Origin: Blastocystis sp. subtype 4
Lineage: Eukaryota
Direction: 5' to 3'
DNA length: 26,101 nucleotides
Assembly (NCBI RefSeq): GCF_000743755.1
Contig: NW_014569539.1
Location: forward strand, 62,001-88,101
Each line of letters opens with the position of its first letter. Positions within the stretch are counted from its first letter, which is position 1. A model generated the notes under the pieces. That model searched no databases. It was not told where the DNA came from and saw only the letters and a list, made by a program, of their open reading frames with translations. Below are positions 10,818-21,908 of this stretch, in pieces. The translations under genes were made by a program, and so were the position numbers.

Positions 10818-12402
10818 ATGGATATCCTTTTGCACATTGTATTTCTGTTCTCACTGGCATGTGTTATCCATTCACTAGTCTCTTCATTTTTGTTCGTTTC
10901 TGAGTTGAAATGCTATTTCTCTATGATTATATAGTGTGTCTCATTCAATTCAGAAAGGAAGGAAAACTGTTGAGTTCAATCAACTCAATAATGTATAGAT
11001 TATGTGGTATTCCCCTCACAAAATGGATAATATGCCTACAGAAAATGAATCAAGACTGTTCTACAAACGGAGGAAACATCTGTCCAAGAAGATATCTGAT
11101 CACCTGATAGGAATCGACATTGGCAGTCATTTTTCTGGTAGGGTGAGAGATACAATGGAATTACGTACGATACCTATCAAGCGACGATCTCCTATTACCA
11201 AACGAGAAGGAATGTGTCAAAAAGGTGTTTGTGAACTGTTTGTAGGAGGTAAACGGATTTCAGATAGTTTCTCTGGTGAATGTTGGCTTTGTGAGTTGGA
11301 TTTAGAATAGGGAAAGTGCCTACAAAAGATGATGTGACTGCAATCGTTGTGATGACGTAACAAAATCGAAACACATGAGAGATAGGTCCAATCTCTTTCC
11401 ATTACTTCCACAATTCATTCAGCGATGGAAAGGGTATGAATAAATTATGTCATCTGATGGTATTAGTCCCATCTGTTTGTCAGTGTGGATTCATCCTTCA
11501 GAGCGTCCAATGCTTGTTCAAAACGTCCTTTCGATTCAAAGAAATGAGGATTGTCGCATTGTAGTTTATACAGAAGGAACAGAGAGTACCAATGTTCCCA
11601 TCAACCTCCTTAGGAATCTCTGTATTCGCCAGGTTCTGACAAGTCACTATATCGTATTGGATGCTAATGTCATGCCTTCAGATAATCTCTACACCACATT
11701 ACGTTCGATTCCCTCAGAACTGTTGAGTAAGGACAAATTCGCATTCATAATTTCTCCTGTATTCCTCGATCTATCTGATGACTGTACTGCTCAGAGTTGT
11801 CTGGACAGGTATGGTTGGGAAGGGAGTTGAATCAAAGAGTAATGCAAAGTGTTCCTCAAAGTGAAAAGGAACTGATGGAATGTATGGCTGAGAAGCGATG
11901 TCAGAGTGTCCACGACAAATCACATTCTTCTGTTCTAATGGAAAAATCAACTGATTCATAGTTTGTTGATTCTGTTTGGACCAGTTCAACAAGTGTAGCG
12001 AAAATCGTTTGTTTTCCTAAGCATTATCAGGAACCGTAGCAATCATGGAATCGAGTGAGTCATAGATATCTTCTTGTGCGAAATTCTTACTTTTTGCCTC
12101 TCTATGACGAGAGATTTATAGGTCATAGTTACAGCCAACTTGGCTATGTTGAGAAACTTCGATATAATATTGAACAGTTCTTCGTGATAACTCATGCCTT
12201 TGTCGTTGTTATTCCTCCTTCTATGTACTTCTTCTTGTCTTTCCTTATTTTTAGATCTCTCCAAACAGAAAAGCTTAAAGGATCTGTAACTGATCCTGAT
12301 TCACTGGAGATGTACACTTTATTAACGAAAGTACTGAATGAACTGAATCAAACTGTGTCTAAATCGTCATTATATGTGCCAACGTGTCCAATTAACGGAT
12401 AG
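10818..12402 (+). CDS. GT49 (LARGE/B4GAT1-like) glycosyltransferase-like membrane protein
   Basis: Hydrophobic N-terminal anchor MDILLHIVFLFSLACVIHSLV. Motifs DDVTAIV...QRWKGPICLSVW, VPINLLRNLCIRQVLTSHYIVLDAN and QEPYLLVR...LPLYDERFIG. The 5' exon structure is less certain. Confidence 0.8.
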
Positions 12403-12414
12403 TCGTTATATCAT

Positions 12415-12422
12415 TGTTTGTT
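12415..12422 (+). terminator. TGTTTGTT 3'-end motif (GT49)
   Basis: 12 nt spacer after the TAG. Confidence 0.85.
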
Positions 12423-12625
12423 CTTATTACGCAGTGCTGAGTTCGATTCTAGTTTTGTTCACATCGTAATTGAAGTATTACTGATTAGAATGTACAGACT
12501 ACCTGACGACAATCGCGGGGATCTTATCATTTCTAGGGACAGATTCTCGAAGGACGTGTGCGGAACCCGATCACTTGACGGGATCATTCACATTTCTCTT
12601 ATCCATTTTAGTCATTCTTTTCTAG

Positions 12626-14702
12626 ATGATACCAGCTGCTATTTCGTGGGGACTAAGTTGATGTACAAAGTGGGTGTGATATCATAGTTGCTCTCGGATG
12701 GACACTCGTTTTTGTTTTTGTATATTTTACAACTGGAGAAACCATTATGGACAGGCTTTTGCGTCTTCTCTATTGGATTCTAGTAAAGACGTTTTTCCGA
12801 GATATGGAAATTGTTTCACTGTAATGTTTAGAGATTACTGTATCTCATTCAGAACGTATCCCAAAAGATAAACCAGTGATGCTGGTATGTGCTCCTCATG
12901 CTAACCAGTTTGTTGATGCAATGGTGATTTCGACTCATTTAAATCGGAAAATTTACTACATCGGAGCAGCTTCCAGTTTTCGCAAGTATAAGGTTGTGGG
13001 TTTCTTCATGAAGCTGATGGCCTCGATCATTCCAGTGGAGCGTCATCAGGATGTGAAGGTGGTTTTGAAGGGAAAGGTCACAGTGAAGGATGACCATGTG
13101 ATCGTGTGTGAAAAGGGTTAAAGTGAGGTATAGGGTCAGGACACACAATTTACAACACAAACGAAGGTATCTGGAGCGATTGTCGTAGAAGTGAGGTTCA
13201 TGATGTCATTTAGATTAACTCAGGGAATTACATTGTGAAGGACATTTTGAGTGACACAGATATTCTGGTAGATATGGAGAAGTCCAAACCTACAACTATC
13301 GATTCAGATTCTTTCTACGATGCCAACGTTGGAATTGGAATTCCCTTTTCCCATAGTTTTTCCCTCATATTGATTATCACAAGATGTTTTCTGCTGTGTG
13401 GGACCATTTGGCTGAGAACAAGTGTGTGGCCATCTTCCCAGAGGGCGGTTCACATGACCAATCGAATATATCCATGATTAGAAACCAGAGTCAGTTCCTT
13501 CATTCCACTTTCTTCCCTTTAAAGTGGGTGTTTCGATCATGTCTCTTGGATTCCTCAACGAATATCCTGATAGTGATTTCTATCTGATTCCCGTAGGAAT
13601 GAATTACTTCAAGCGAGATTCGTTCCGCCAGTAGTATTACAGAAACGAAATGATCTGTAGAGCGCGTGCTTTCATTGATGTTGGTGAACCAATTCCCGTG
13701 TCGCGTGAGTTGGTATCCCGGTATTCAGCAGGAGGTGAGGCGAAGCATGCGGCGGTGAATGATTTATTGAGAACAATCAATGCGAGTATGTATCAGGTAA
13801 CAACGATGGCTCCTGATTGGAATACACTGAACTGTGTAAATACGGCACGTCATATTCTGACAGGAAAAGACGTATTTTTGACAACAGAACAGAAATTGAA
13901 ATTGAACCGCAATCTGGTGAATGCATGCAAATTCTTTGAAAATGACAAAGAAGTGAAGGAAGTACGTAAACGTGTTACAGATTACCAGGATCTGTTATCT
14001 TGTACACATCAGACTGATTTCAACATCTCCAAGGGGATGGCAGTTCCACGTCGTTCTTTTGGAAATCTCATTTTCACCACGATAAAATTCATTGTCTGTG
14101 GAACTCTTTGCATCCCAGGTCTGATTCTCTCACTCCCAGGTCTTATCGTTGTATCCATCTACTCTTCTCAATATCGTCGCAATGCACTAAGAAAAAGTAC
14201 GGTAAAGATTAGTGCGATGGATGTTTTGGCAACGGGTAAGGTTGTATCGGCAGCTGTGTGTTTTATCATTTGTATTCTTGTTGAACCTGCGATTCTTCTG
14301 CTTTGTTGTCATGCAATTGGATTCCACGTAACATTCCTTGATTATCTTGGTGTAGCCAATATTCTGCCTTGGTTGTTCTATTTAACCATTTTCCTGGGCG
14401 ATTATTGCACGTATCTGTTGTCAGAACTCCGTTTTGGATTGTGGTCGCAGATGAATTCCAAATTGGACATGTTCCTGTTGAGACAGAGGGAGCAACTGAA
14501 AACTGATTTGAACGCAATGATAGAGAAGAAGGGTCCGGAGCTGTTTGGTTCAAAAGAAATGTTTGAGCAGAAGCGTGTACTGAAGGATGGAATGGTGTCA
14601 ATGAAGCGTGTGAATACTTCATTATCATTAACTTCACTCCTTCCAGAGAATCGAAGTATTAGTAATTTGGCGCAGGAAGTGATTCCACATATTTTCTATT
14701 GA
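12626..14702 (+). CDS. Glycerol-3-phosphate O-acyltransferase, fungal SCT1/GPT2 type
   Basis: APHANQFVD (HxxxxD), IFPEGGSHD, LIPVGMNYF and C-terminal hydrophobic segments after KISAMDVLATGKV. The start at 12626 is inferred through intron 12657-12687. One junction (~12802-12833) is non-canonical or unresolved. Confidence 0.88.
13468..13508 (+). other. U12-type (minor spliceosome) AT-AC intron, 41 nt
   Basis: Starts ATATCC, has branch-point-like TTCCTTCAT and ends CAC. Removing it joins EGGSHDQSN to FLPFKVGVSIMSLG and restores the conserved GPAT motif and frame. Confidence 0.88.
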
Positions 14703-14719
14703 GTCTTTGTCTTTTGTAC

Positions 14720-14736
14720 TGTTTGTTCAACAAACA
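14720..14736. terminator. Back-to-back TGTTTGTT motifs (palindrome TGTTTGTT-C-AACAAACA) for convergent GPAT and TTI1
   Basis: + strand motif at 14720-14727 and - strand motif at 14729-14736. Confidence 0.85.
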
Positions 14737-14740
14737 AGGA

Positions 14741-17700
14741 TTAGTTCAAGTACTGATCGATCACTCTTACTACCACACCTCGTGATGAATTCTCTGGATA
14801 GGAAGGTTTGATTAGAGAAGGCTGGAAGCGTTGACACCAGCGAGTAGAATGAGAGTGATGATACTTCTCTCCACGGGATTCCAGATACAGAGTCACTTCA
14901 TCAAGATTAAACTGATATGCAAGTGTGATGAATCGTCGTGCATCTCTCGGTAGATCCTCTAGTGTCCACCGTTGATCCATAAATGCTAGCACATCACTAC
15001 AACAGTCAGCTAACAATGTTCCATCACCATATCCCTCACACAAACTGTGCAGCAGACGCATCTCCACATCCACTCCCTGAGCTTCACTGCGAATCACCGA
15101 GAAATCTCCCTCTCGTGCCAGCAAACATCCATTCAGACCTTCTCGTACCAGTGGCCATAGTTCCAGTAGACGTGTGGCTGTAAGTCGTGGGTCCAACGAG
15201 GCAATTTGGATGGCCAGTTCCACAGAATCAGTAAAGAGTCGAGATTGAGGATGCTGCAACAGTGTGGAGAGTAGCGGAAGTGTGGGAAGGAGGAGACGAA
15301 CTGATTCTTCCCCCAACTGAGTGATCTGACTGAGAATATCCAACACCGTACGTGGTGTCTGAAGTCCAGAAACACGCAGACAATACTGAACTGTTGATAT
15401 AATGGACTTTAATTGAGTGAACTCAGGAATGTCACCAGCCTCCTCCTCCTCCAGTACGACTGGCTTCTCTTTGTCCTCATCATTCTCCATAACCTCAGTC
15501 CCAACACTCCTTGGCTCGATCGATGGAAGGCGAAGGAGTTTCTCTGTTATATACTTATCGATAATTGCGGGAATTCCCACTTTATCTGATTCTTTCTTCT
15601 CCTCTTTCTTCTGTTTCTCTTTACACAATCGCACTAAAATACACACAATTGGCAATAGGGGCTGTACTGCTTCCACACACCGTCGTTGCACCAACATACA
15701 TAACTCATTGATACAATCTCGCCGATGGGCAGCTAATGAGTCCAATTTTGCTGTATCACTCTTCCCTAAGTCTTTCCAGAGATCAGTAAGTAGATTCAGA
15801 TGGATTGTCACATCCTCTGGAGAGAGTGCATCAATTAGTCTCAGTTGTAGGAGAGCAGAATCCAGTAAATAGTCTGCATGAGTGTGTGCTAATGCAATGA
15901 GTGAATCGTAGGACAGAGCATGAGCGAGGTCCCAGAGTGCAGTTTGAATAAGACCTTTGTACTTTGAATGAGAACGGAAGGCAAAGAGAAGTGAGAGGAG
16001 AGATGGAAGATATTCCGAGAGTTGAGAAGAACGAATGGCTAAACGGGTTGTGGAGAGCAAGAGGATCTCTGTGTTTGGTTGAATATGTCGTTGTGCCAAA
16101 CGAATTGCATCTAATGACATAGCAATGAATTCGGATTGATTCTGTTCTGGCACAATGAATTGTGCCAGCCACGCTGCTTCACAGTTCCCACGAGAGCAAT
16201 CATTCAACAATGCTAACATCAATTCATCACTCACAGGAACATAGTTCCACACCGTAGAAACCCATTGAAATACAAAGGATGCAGTTTGATCATTCAGATA
16301 GTCAAATGTGATGTGAAATAAAGTTGATGATCTCATGTTCATGCTGGATATCGCTTTGATTTGAAGTATCTGCTTCATTTGCTCGTACAGTGACAGTTCA
16401 GCTTCTTCTAACAGGTTCTGACTACAAATCACTTCTGAAAGATGATTCTCGAGAAGTCGACAGTAACCCAAAACACATCGTACTGCATGCCGAGCAGACA
16501 TTTCATTCTTCATTCGTACCTCGCTTGATAGCTGCATCATGCACTCGTGTACATGGTTGAGGAGAGAGGAACTCTGAGTCGAGTCTTCTAGTGTGTTGGC
16601 TATCGCTTGTCGCATCAGTAATTGTGATACTGACTGCAACACCTCGCTATCATCCGTCACATCAACTACCAGAGCATCTAGAAGAGAGAGAACTGATGAA
16701 GGAAAGGCAGTGAGAGCTGGCCGCAACAGGAGAAAGAGAGCCTGATCTACCAACAAACGTAGAGTAAGATGGGTCTCACTCGCTACACTCTGTAGTACAA
16801 GTGTCAGGAGAGGCGGTACTTTCTCTCTCAATTCTGCGGTAACTCGACGACCTTGAAAGGATGCTTGTGATTCATTTGGGCGTTTCTGTAAAGAAGTTGG
16901 AGAGACAGGAGTTTCAACATGAGGAGTTTCATGAATCTGTTTTAGCCAATCAGCAACTAGATCAGGGAGAGCTGGTTGTTGTGTCTGAACAGGAATCACA
17001 ACCACATGCAGAGCATGTGCAAATAGAAACGTCATCAATGCTTTCTCTCTCCATGAAAGAAATGAGTTGGATCGGAGAGTAACAGCAAGGGAAGATAAGA
17101 GGGAAGGAAGAATTGGTAACAGATGATTAGCTCCAGAGGTGAGAAGTAATGACTCTAGACACACAATGGAAGCTAATGTGATTTGATGCGACGAATTTTC
17201 AATTAACTCGTTGAGATGATACAGTAGAATCACGAAATAAGCATCGGATCTCTCACTTTCAAGAAACTGTTTCGCAGGAGTATTCTTCAGTTGAGGGAGG
17301 AATGGATTTTGCAGAAAACGATTTGACTGGCTCTCTTCATAAGGTGTTTGAATGTCATATAGGAAGGAATGCATTGTTTCCTTATCAACACACTCTAATA
17401 GAGCGTTTATACTATTCAATATTGCAAGTGTAGTATTCTCCGAAAGCTTCTCTGGACCACGCAATTTCTTATTGTTGTCTAAGTACATCACACATCTATT
17501 CTATAACAATCTAGCAACAGAATTACGCATGAAAAGCACGATAGAAACAGTTGTTTACATTGTTTGCGATCTCAGTTGCATAAAGCGGAATACACTTTTG
17601 AAGAAAAAGAAATAAAGCTTCTAGAAGACGATCTGATAAAGAAATCGTCATTCGCTCTTGTCGGAAATCAAGAATCACATATTCATGGAATAATATTGAG

Positions 17701-17840
17701 TCAAAGGGCACATGAACCTTCTCTTCAATGACTATCCGTTCCACTTGCTTTAGTTGAGAAATACAAAACTCGGTGAAGATAATGGGATCTGTGATTGCTG
17801 TTGCCTCCGAAATCCTTGATATCGACAGTGGAGTCGACAT
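14741..17840 (-). CDS. TTI1: TELO2-interacting protein 1 (TTT complex), HEAT-repeat protein
   Basis: A 916-aa ORF plus a 5' exon joined by intron 17496-17526. ALSYDSLIALAHTHADYLLDSALLQLR, LLPILPSLLSSL and LFHEYVIL resemble recalled TTI1 blocks. Leu-rich helical protein of about 1020 aa. Confidence 0.7.
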
Positions 17841-17870
17841 TGACGGAATCACAGAAAAAAAGAATGAATG

Positions 17871-17878
17871 AACAAACA
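17871..17878 (-). terminator. TGTTTGTT 3'-end motif (PFDN4)
   Basis: 13 nt spacer after the TAA. Confidence 0.85.
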
Positions 17879-17891
17879 ACGAAATGTACAG

Positions 17892-18399
17892 TTAACCCAG
17901 AACAACAAGATCTCCGAAACGAGCGTACAACTTTGCTTTGATCGTCTACATCATGAATTTCACGTTCTAATTTCACATCCAGTTCCTTCTGCATGGTTGC
18001 CTTTTCTTCCTTTAGTTTGTTCAATTCTTCTTCTCCCTTCTCTCTCAGCTGTGTGAGGTGCTCTTCGATGGAAGTATAATCCATACTCACAAAGACACTT
18101 CCCAAACTTAATCTAGCTTGTAATTACGACATCAACAACAAGGTACAGAAGATTTCCCTCTTCATCGTCAGCAAGCATACTTTCTTCATTTGCATCATCC
18201 ATAAGTTGAATTTGCTTCTAGTCTGTCATCAGAGTCATAGTTGTTTACTTTTACTTGTTCCATCGATGCATCGATATCTTTGATCTCTCCAAGGAGTGTA
18301 TTGAAGCGAATGAAGGACTCCTTCTCCTCCTGGGTCATCTACACAACAATATATTCTTCCAGTTCAAACAATCAATGCATTCATATCCGATGAACTCAT
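17892..18399 (-). CDS. PFDN4: Prefoldin subunit 4
   Basis: Four introns. Spliced protein: ...LMDDANEESMLADDEEG...LGSVFVSMD...coiled coil...IKAKLYARFGDLVVLG*, matching the PFDN4/Gim3 C-terminal signature. Confidence 0.85.
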
Positions 18400-18463
18400 C
18401 CTGTTATTATTATCAAACAGCTATGATTCTGGATTCTCCCACTTGTACCGAAATGCCGTTTTG

Positions 18464-18471
18464 AACAAACA
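18464..18471 (-). terminator. TGTTTGTT 3'-end motif (SPT16)
   Basis: Minus strand reads TAA-GAGA-TGTTTGTT. Confidence 0.85.
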
Positions 18472-18475
18472 TCTC

Positions 18476-21400
18476 TTACATATCATGAAGGTCAATCACA
18501 TCATCATCATCATAATCTTCATCCTGCATCTCTTCATCTTCATCCTCATTCTCGTCAATATCCATATCTTCATCTTCTTCATCGTCATCCTCCTCCAAAT
18601 CCGAAGGATTCAATTCTTCCGAGAAATCACTGACCTGTTCCTCCGTCTTCTGTTCTTCATTATATTCATCTCCCAGAATCAGCCATCCAACAGGCTTCTT
18701 ATCCTTATCCTCATCATAATCCAGCCAGAAGAATTCATTATCACGAGCAATCTCCATCATTACAGTCCAATTGTAACATTTCAATGATTCTGTAAATGTC
18801 TACACATCACTCTTTCCTTTCTCTCTTACAATGTTGATTGAATCCAGCCATTCCTTCACCTTCTCTAGATCTGTTGTTTTCACAGCATCAATTTCCACCA
18901 CAGGTCGTTTGTAGTCTCGGAATATGATAATCATATCCACAGTAGTTGTTCCAAATGAAACACGCTGGAAATGAACATGCTCAATCTCATCCAATGTAAT
19001 CACAAAACAAGGCTGCTCTGTAACATTGATCAGACAATCACGACAAGGATATAGCATTACCATCTCTTTGAATGGACGACCCTGGAAGGCCGAGCGCAGA
19101 TAAGGCATATCAAACTCAATCTTATCACACTGTTGCGTGAAACGTCTGAATGCTTCATTCAAACGACGCTTTGTTTCTCGCTCTCGTTGCTCCTCTTGAA
19201 TCTCTTCAGGATCATAAGCATTAGTTGTCATTCCTTTGAGATTGCGAGATGCATCAATCACCTCCGTGAAGAATTGGACGTCCTTACATTTCTTACGACC
19301 AATCATAATTGGATTGTGAAGATGGAAATGTAACAATACAAAACGAGTTTGATCACATGGTTGAAAAACAGCATGTTTAATGTTGCTGTACAAAATATCC
19401 ACGATTTCTGCCCTTCGTGTTGTATACCTGAATCCATTAACATGTGCTTCTAATCGTCCCTTAACTTTTCCCAAAGCAGGTCTCATATCAATCTCTGATA
19501 AATACGGAGGTCTAACTCCCTTCAGTAATTCCAATTGACCTTGTTCTACAATATTCGCAGTATCGGCTTTGAACCGGTCCTGTTGGCGTCTCTGCTTCAT
19601 CATATTTTTGATTCTCTTCACTTGTACGCTCATATTTGTTTGATCACGACTTCTTAATGTTAGACTTTTGATGTAAGTCGCTGCTGGATACTGTTCCAGT
19701 GCTTTCAACATGATTGCATCCACATCCTTAGCAGTCTTCGTCTGTGGAGTATGAAAGTTTACTCGGAAGTATCCGTAACCACCCTCTTCATTCATTGACA
19801 CAGACTTGATTGTATGCACACTAAACGGAACCGGCATACCATGAATAGGAAGGAACAACACCTCGTGTTCAGTATCGGCAAAGATTTGATCACGACGCAG
19901 TTCTGCAGGGTACTGTGCTGATGAAGGGAATGCACGAATGTCTTCCACTTCAACAGCTTTCTCTTCATGTACCATTCCTCCTGATTCCTGCTTCTCCTTT
20001 CGTGCAATCAACTCTTCAAATAGTTTACGTTGGTGCTTGTTCCGAAGACTGATGGTTGACTCTTCTGCTTCCAATTGTTGGGCCAGCTGTTCTGCTCGAA
20101 TCATTCCCCGGGTTACACGACGACCTGACTCTGTTAGAGCTTTGATTGCATTTGCTTCATCATCTTCCTCATCCTCCACTGCATCAGCCATATCAAATGA
20201 CACATTTGACCACTCCGTGCTAAAAGGCGTTACAACATGATTGCTTGTCGTAGCTGCAAAGCCTGAATCTGCCTCTGTGGCTTCACCCACAATCACCGTA
20301 TCACTTAGTAACATGCTGAATGTGGACAATTCATTCACATTAACTTCTGTCTCCTTCACTTTGTTAGCTACACCCTCCACACCCAGACGCACATTGAAAC
20401 ACATTCCTGCTTTGACAATCTCTGGATTTCCTGCTTTGATACGCAACGACGACTCTCGGAATTCCAATCCAATTCCTGTTCCGCACTCCTTGGTGAAATG
20501 AGGGACCAGATAGGCAGCCTTCTCTGTCAGCAGTGCGACAGCTCGATCATACACATCACCGAGCACGGCTCCAGGGGTCAGCCATTTGATCACGGCAAGC
20601 TCAATCTCAGCCAAAGCCGAGTAACACTTCTGCTGGAGCAACGAAGGGTTGATCAGGAAAGTACGAGCGAGAGCCGCACAATAGTTGTCGTAGCGCACGC
20701 CAACTGAGCATAAAATGATATCCTGACTGAGAGGGTGATCATCACTGTCAGCAGATGGCTTCAGACTGTAGATACCACCAGATTGAATGATTGGCTGATG
20801 ACAAATGTCAAGGAGAAGAGGCGAATATTTGATTCCAAATGTCTCAGGTGTACTGAGAGCTGTTTCCAACTACAATGAACATCTTCTGGAATTCCTACTT
20901 TCTCAGCTATTTTGCTGTGTTTCACTTTTCGACTACTTCGTAAAATCGCCTCCATTTCTGGAACAAAAACACTCTTCATAAGCCGACGACATGTGTTTCC
21001 TGCTCTTCGAACACGTTCTTTCTCTTCCTCATTCTTTACTGCGAATACACTTCCGACAGCAGGTGCAATGTCGACTTCCTCGAGAGCGAATGGTTTAATT
21101 CCATTGAAGAATTCTGTTACGAATTTGCCAACCAATCCCTCCTTCTCCTTCAAGAACAGACCTAATTGTTTCTACAGGTTAGATAGCAAGAGAACAAGCA
21201 CTCCACTGAACGAAGCACGAATCGATGTGTTCAGTTCTTCGTATACAGCTTCGTTGGGATTGTTCTTCTTTCGAGTCAACACTTTCACTTCGCAATCCAT
21301 ACTATGTTTTGATTTCACTTTTTCGACCATTGGAATCAAGTAATTCTTAGCTACATGTGAGAATGAACACGAATTCACAACCTTTGCTTTCACTTGTGAT

Positions 21401-21735
21401 TAAGTAAACTACATTACTTGTAATCACGATAGCAGTTTCAGAAAACTCAATTCCCAGAAGATACAACTAGATTCATAAATAGTAGGAATTTCGTACTTGA
21501 ATTGTGTTAGATTTACTATAGGAAAGCACATCTGCATTAATCTGACCTTGGATGAAGCAGAGAACGTCAGCATTATTCCAGGCTTGACGATTCGCCTAGA
21601 AGGATCAGTTTGGGACTAAACCCACTTACTTTCCACATCTTCATCAGATTACTGCAGTTTTCAGCAAAAGTAACATCGTTAATCACGATCTAGGAATCAG
21701 TAGGTTCCATTGTCTTGCAATACTTCTTCAGTCAT
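18476..21735 (-). CDS. SPT16: FACT complex subunit SPT16
   Basis: Motifs PIIQSGG, GVRYDNYCAALARTFLINP, GIGLEFRE, VPFSVHTIKSVS, GRLEAHVNGFRY and EHVHFQRV, plus an acidic tail. About 7 short introns; ATG at 21735 (MTEEIVIND...). Confidence 0.96.
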
Positions 21736-21837
21736 TCTACCTTCCGTTTACACTTCGTAGAGGGAGAGTATGAAGTTGGATACCACTTCTTTGACAAGTC
21801 AAACATGGCGCAAAACTGCGCGGCAAACAGAAATTGA

Positions 21838-21845
21838 AACAAACA
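21838..21845 (-). terminator. TGTTTGTT 3'-end motif (BET protein)
   Basis: 63 nt spacer after the TAA. Confidence 0.8.
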
Positions 21846-21908
21846 CATCACCATAAAAGAAAACAGCTACATTTAAAAAAAGTCATGGTTCACAGAGTTC
21901 TCTACACC

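Noticed and set aside
14741..18399. TTI1 beside a prefoldin subunit as a TTT-R2TP/prefoldin-like cluster
   Set aside because: PFDN4 is not a member of the prefoldin-like module (PFDN2 and PFDN6 are).
18497..18600. TCA/TCT/TCC triplet-rich tract
   Set aside because: It encodes the normal acidic tail of SPT16.
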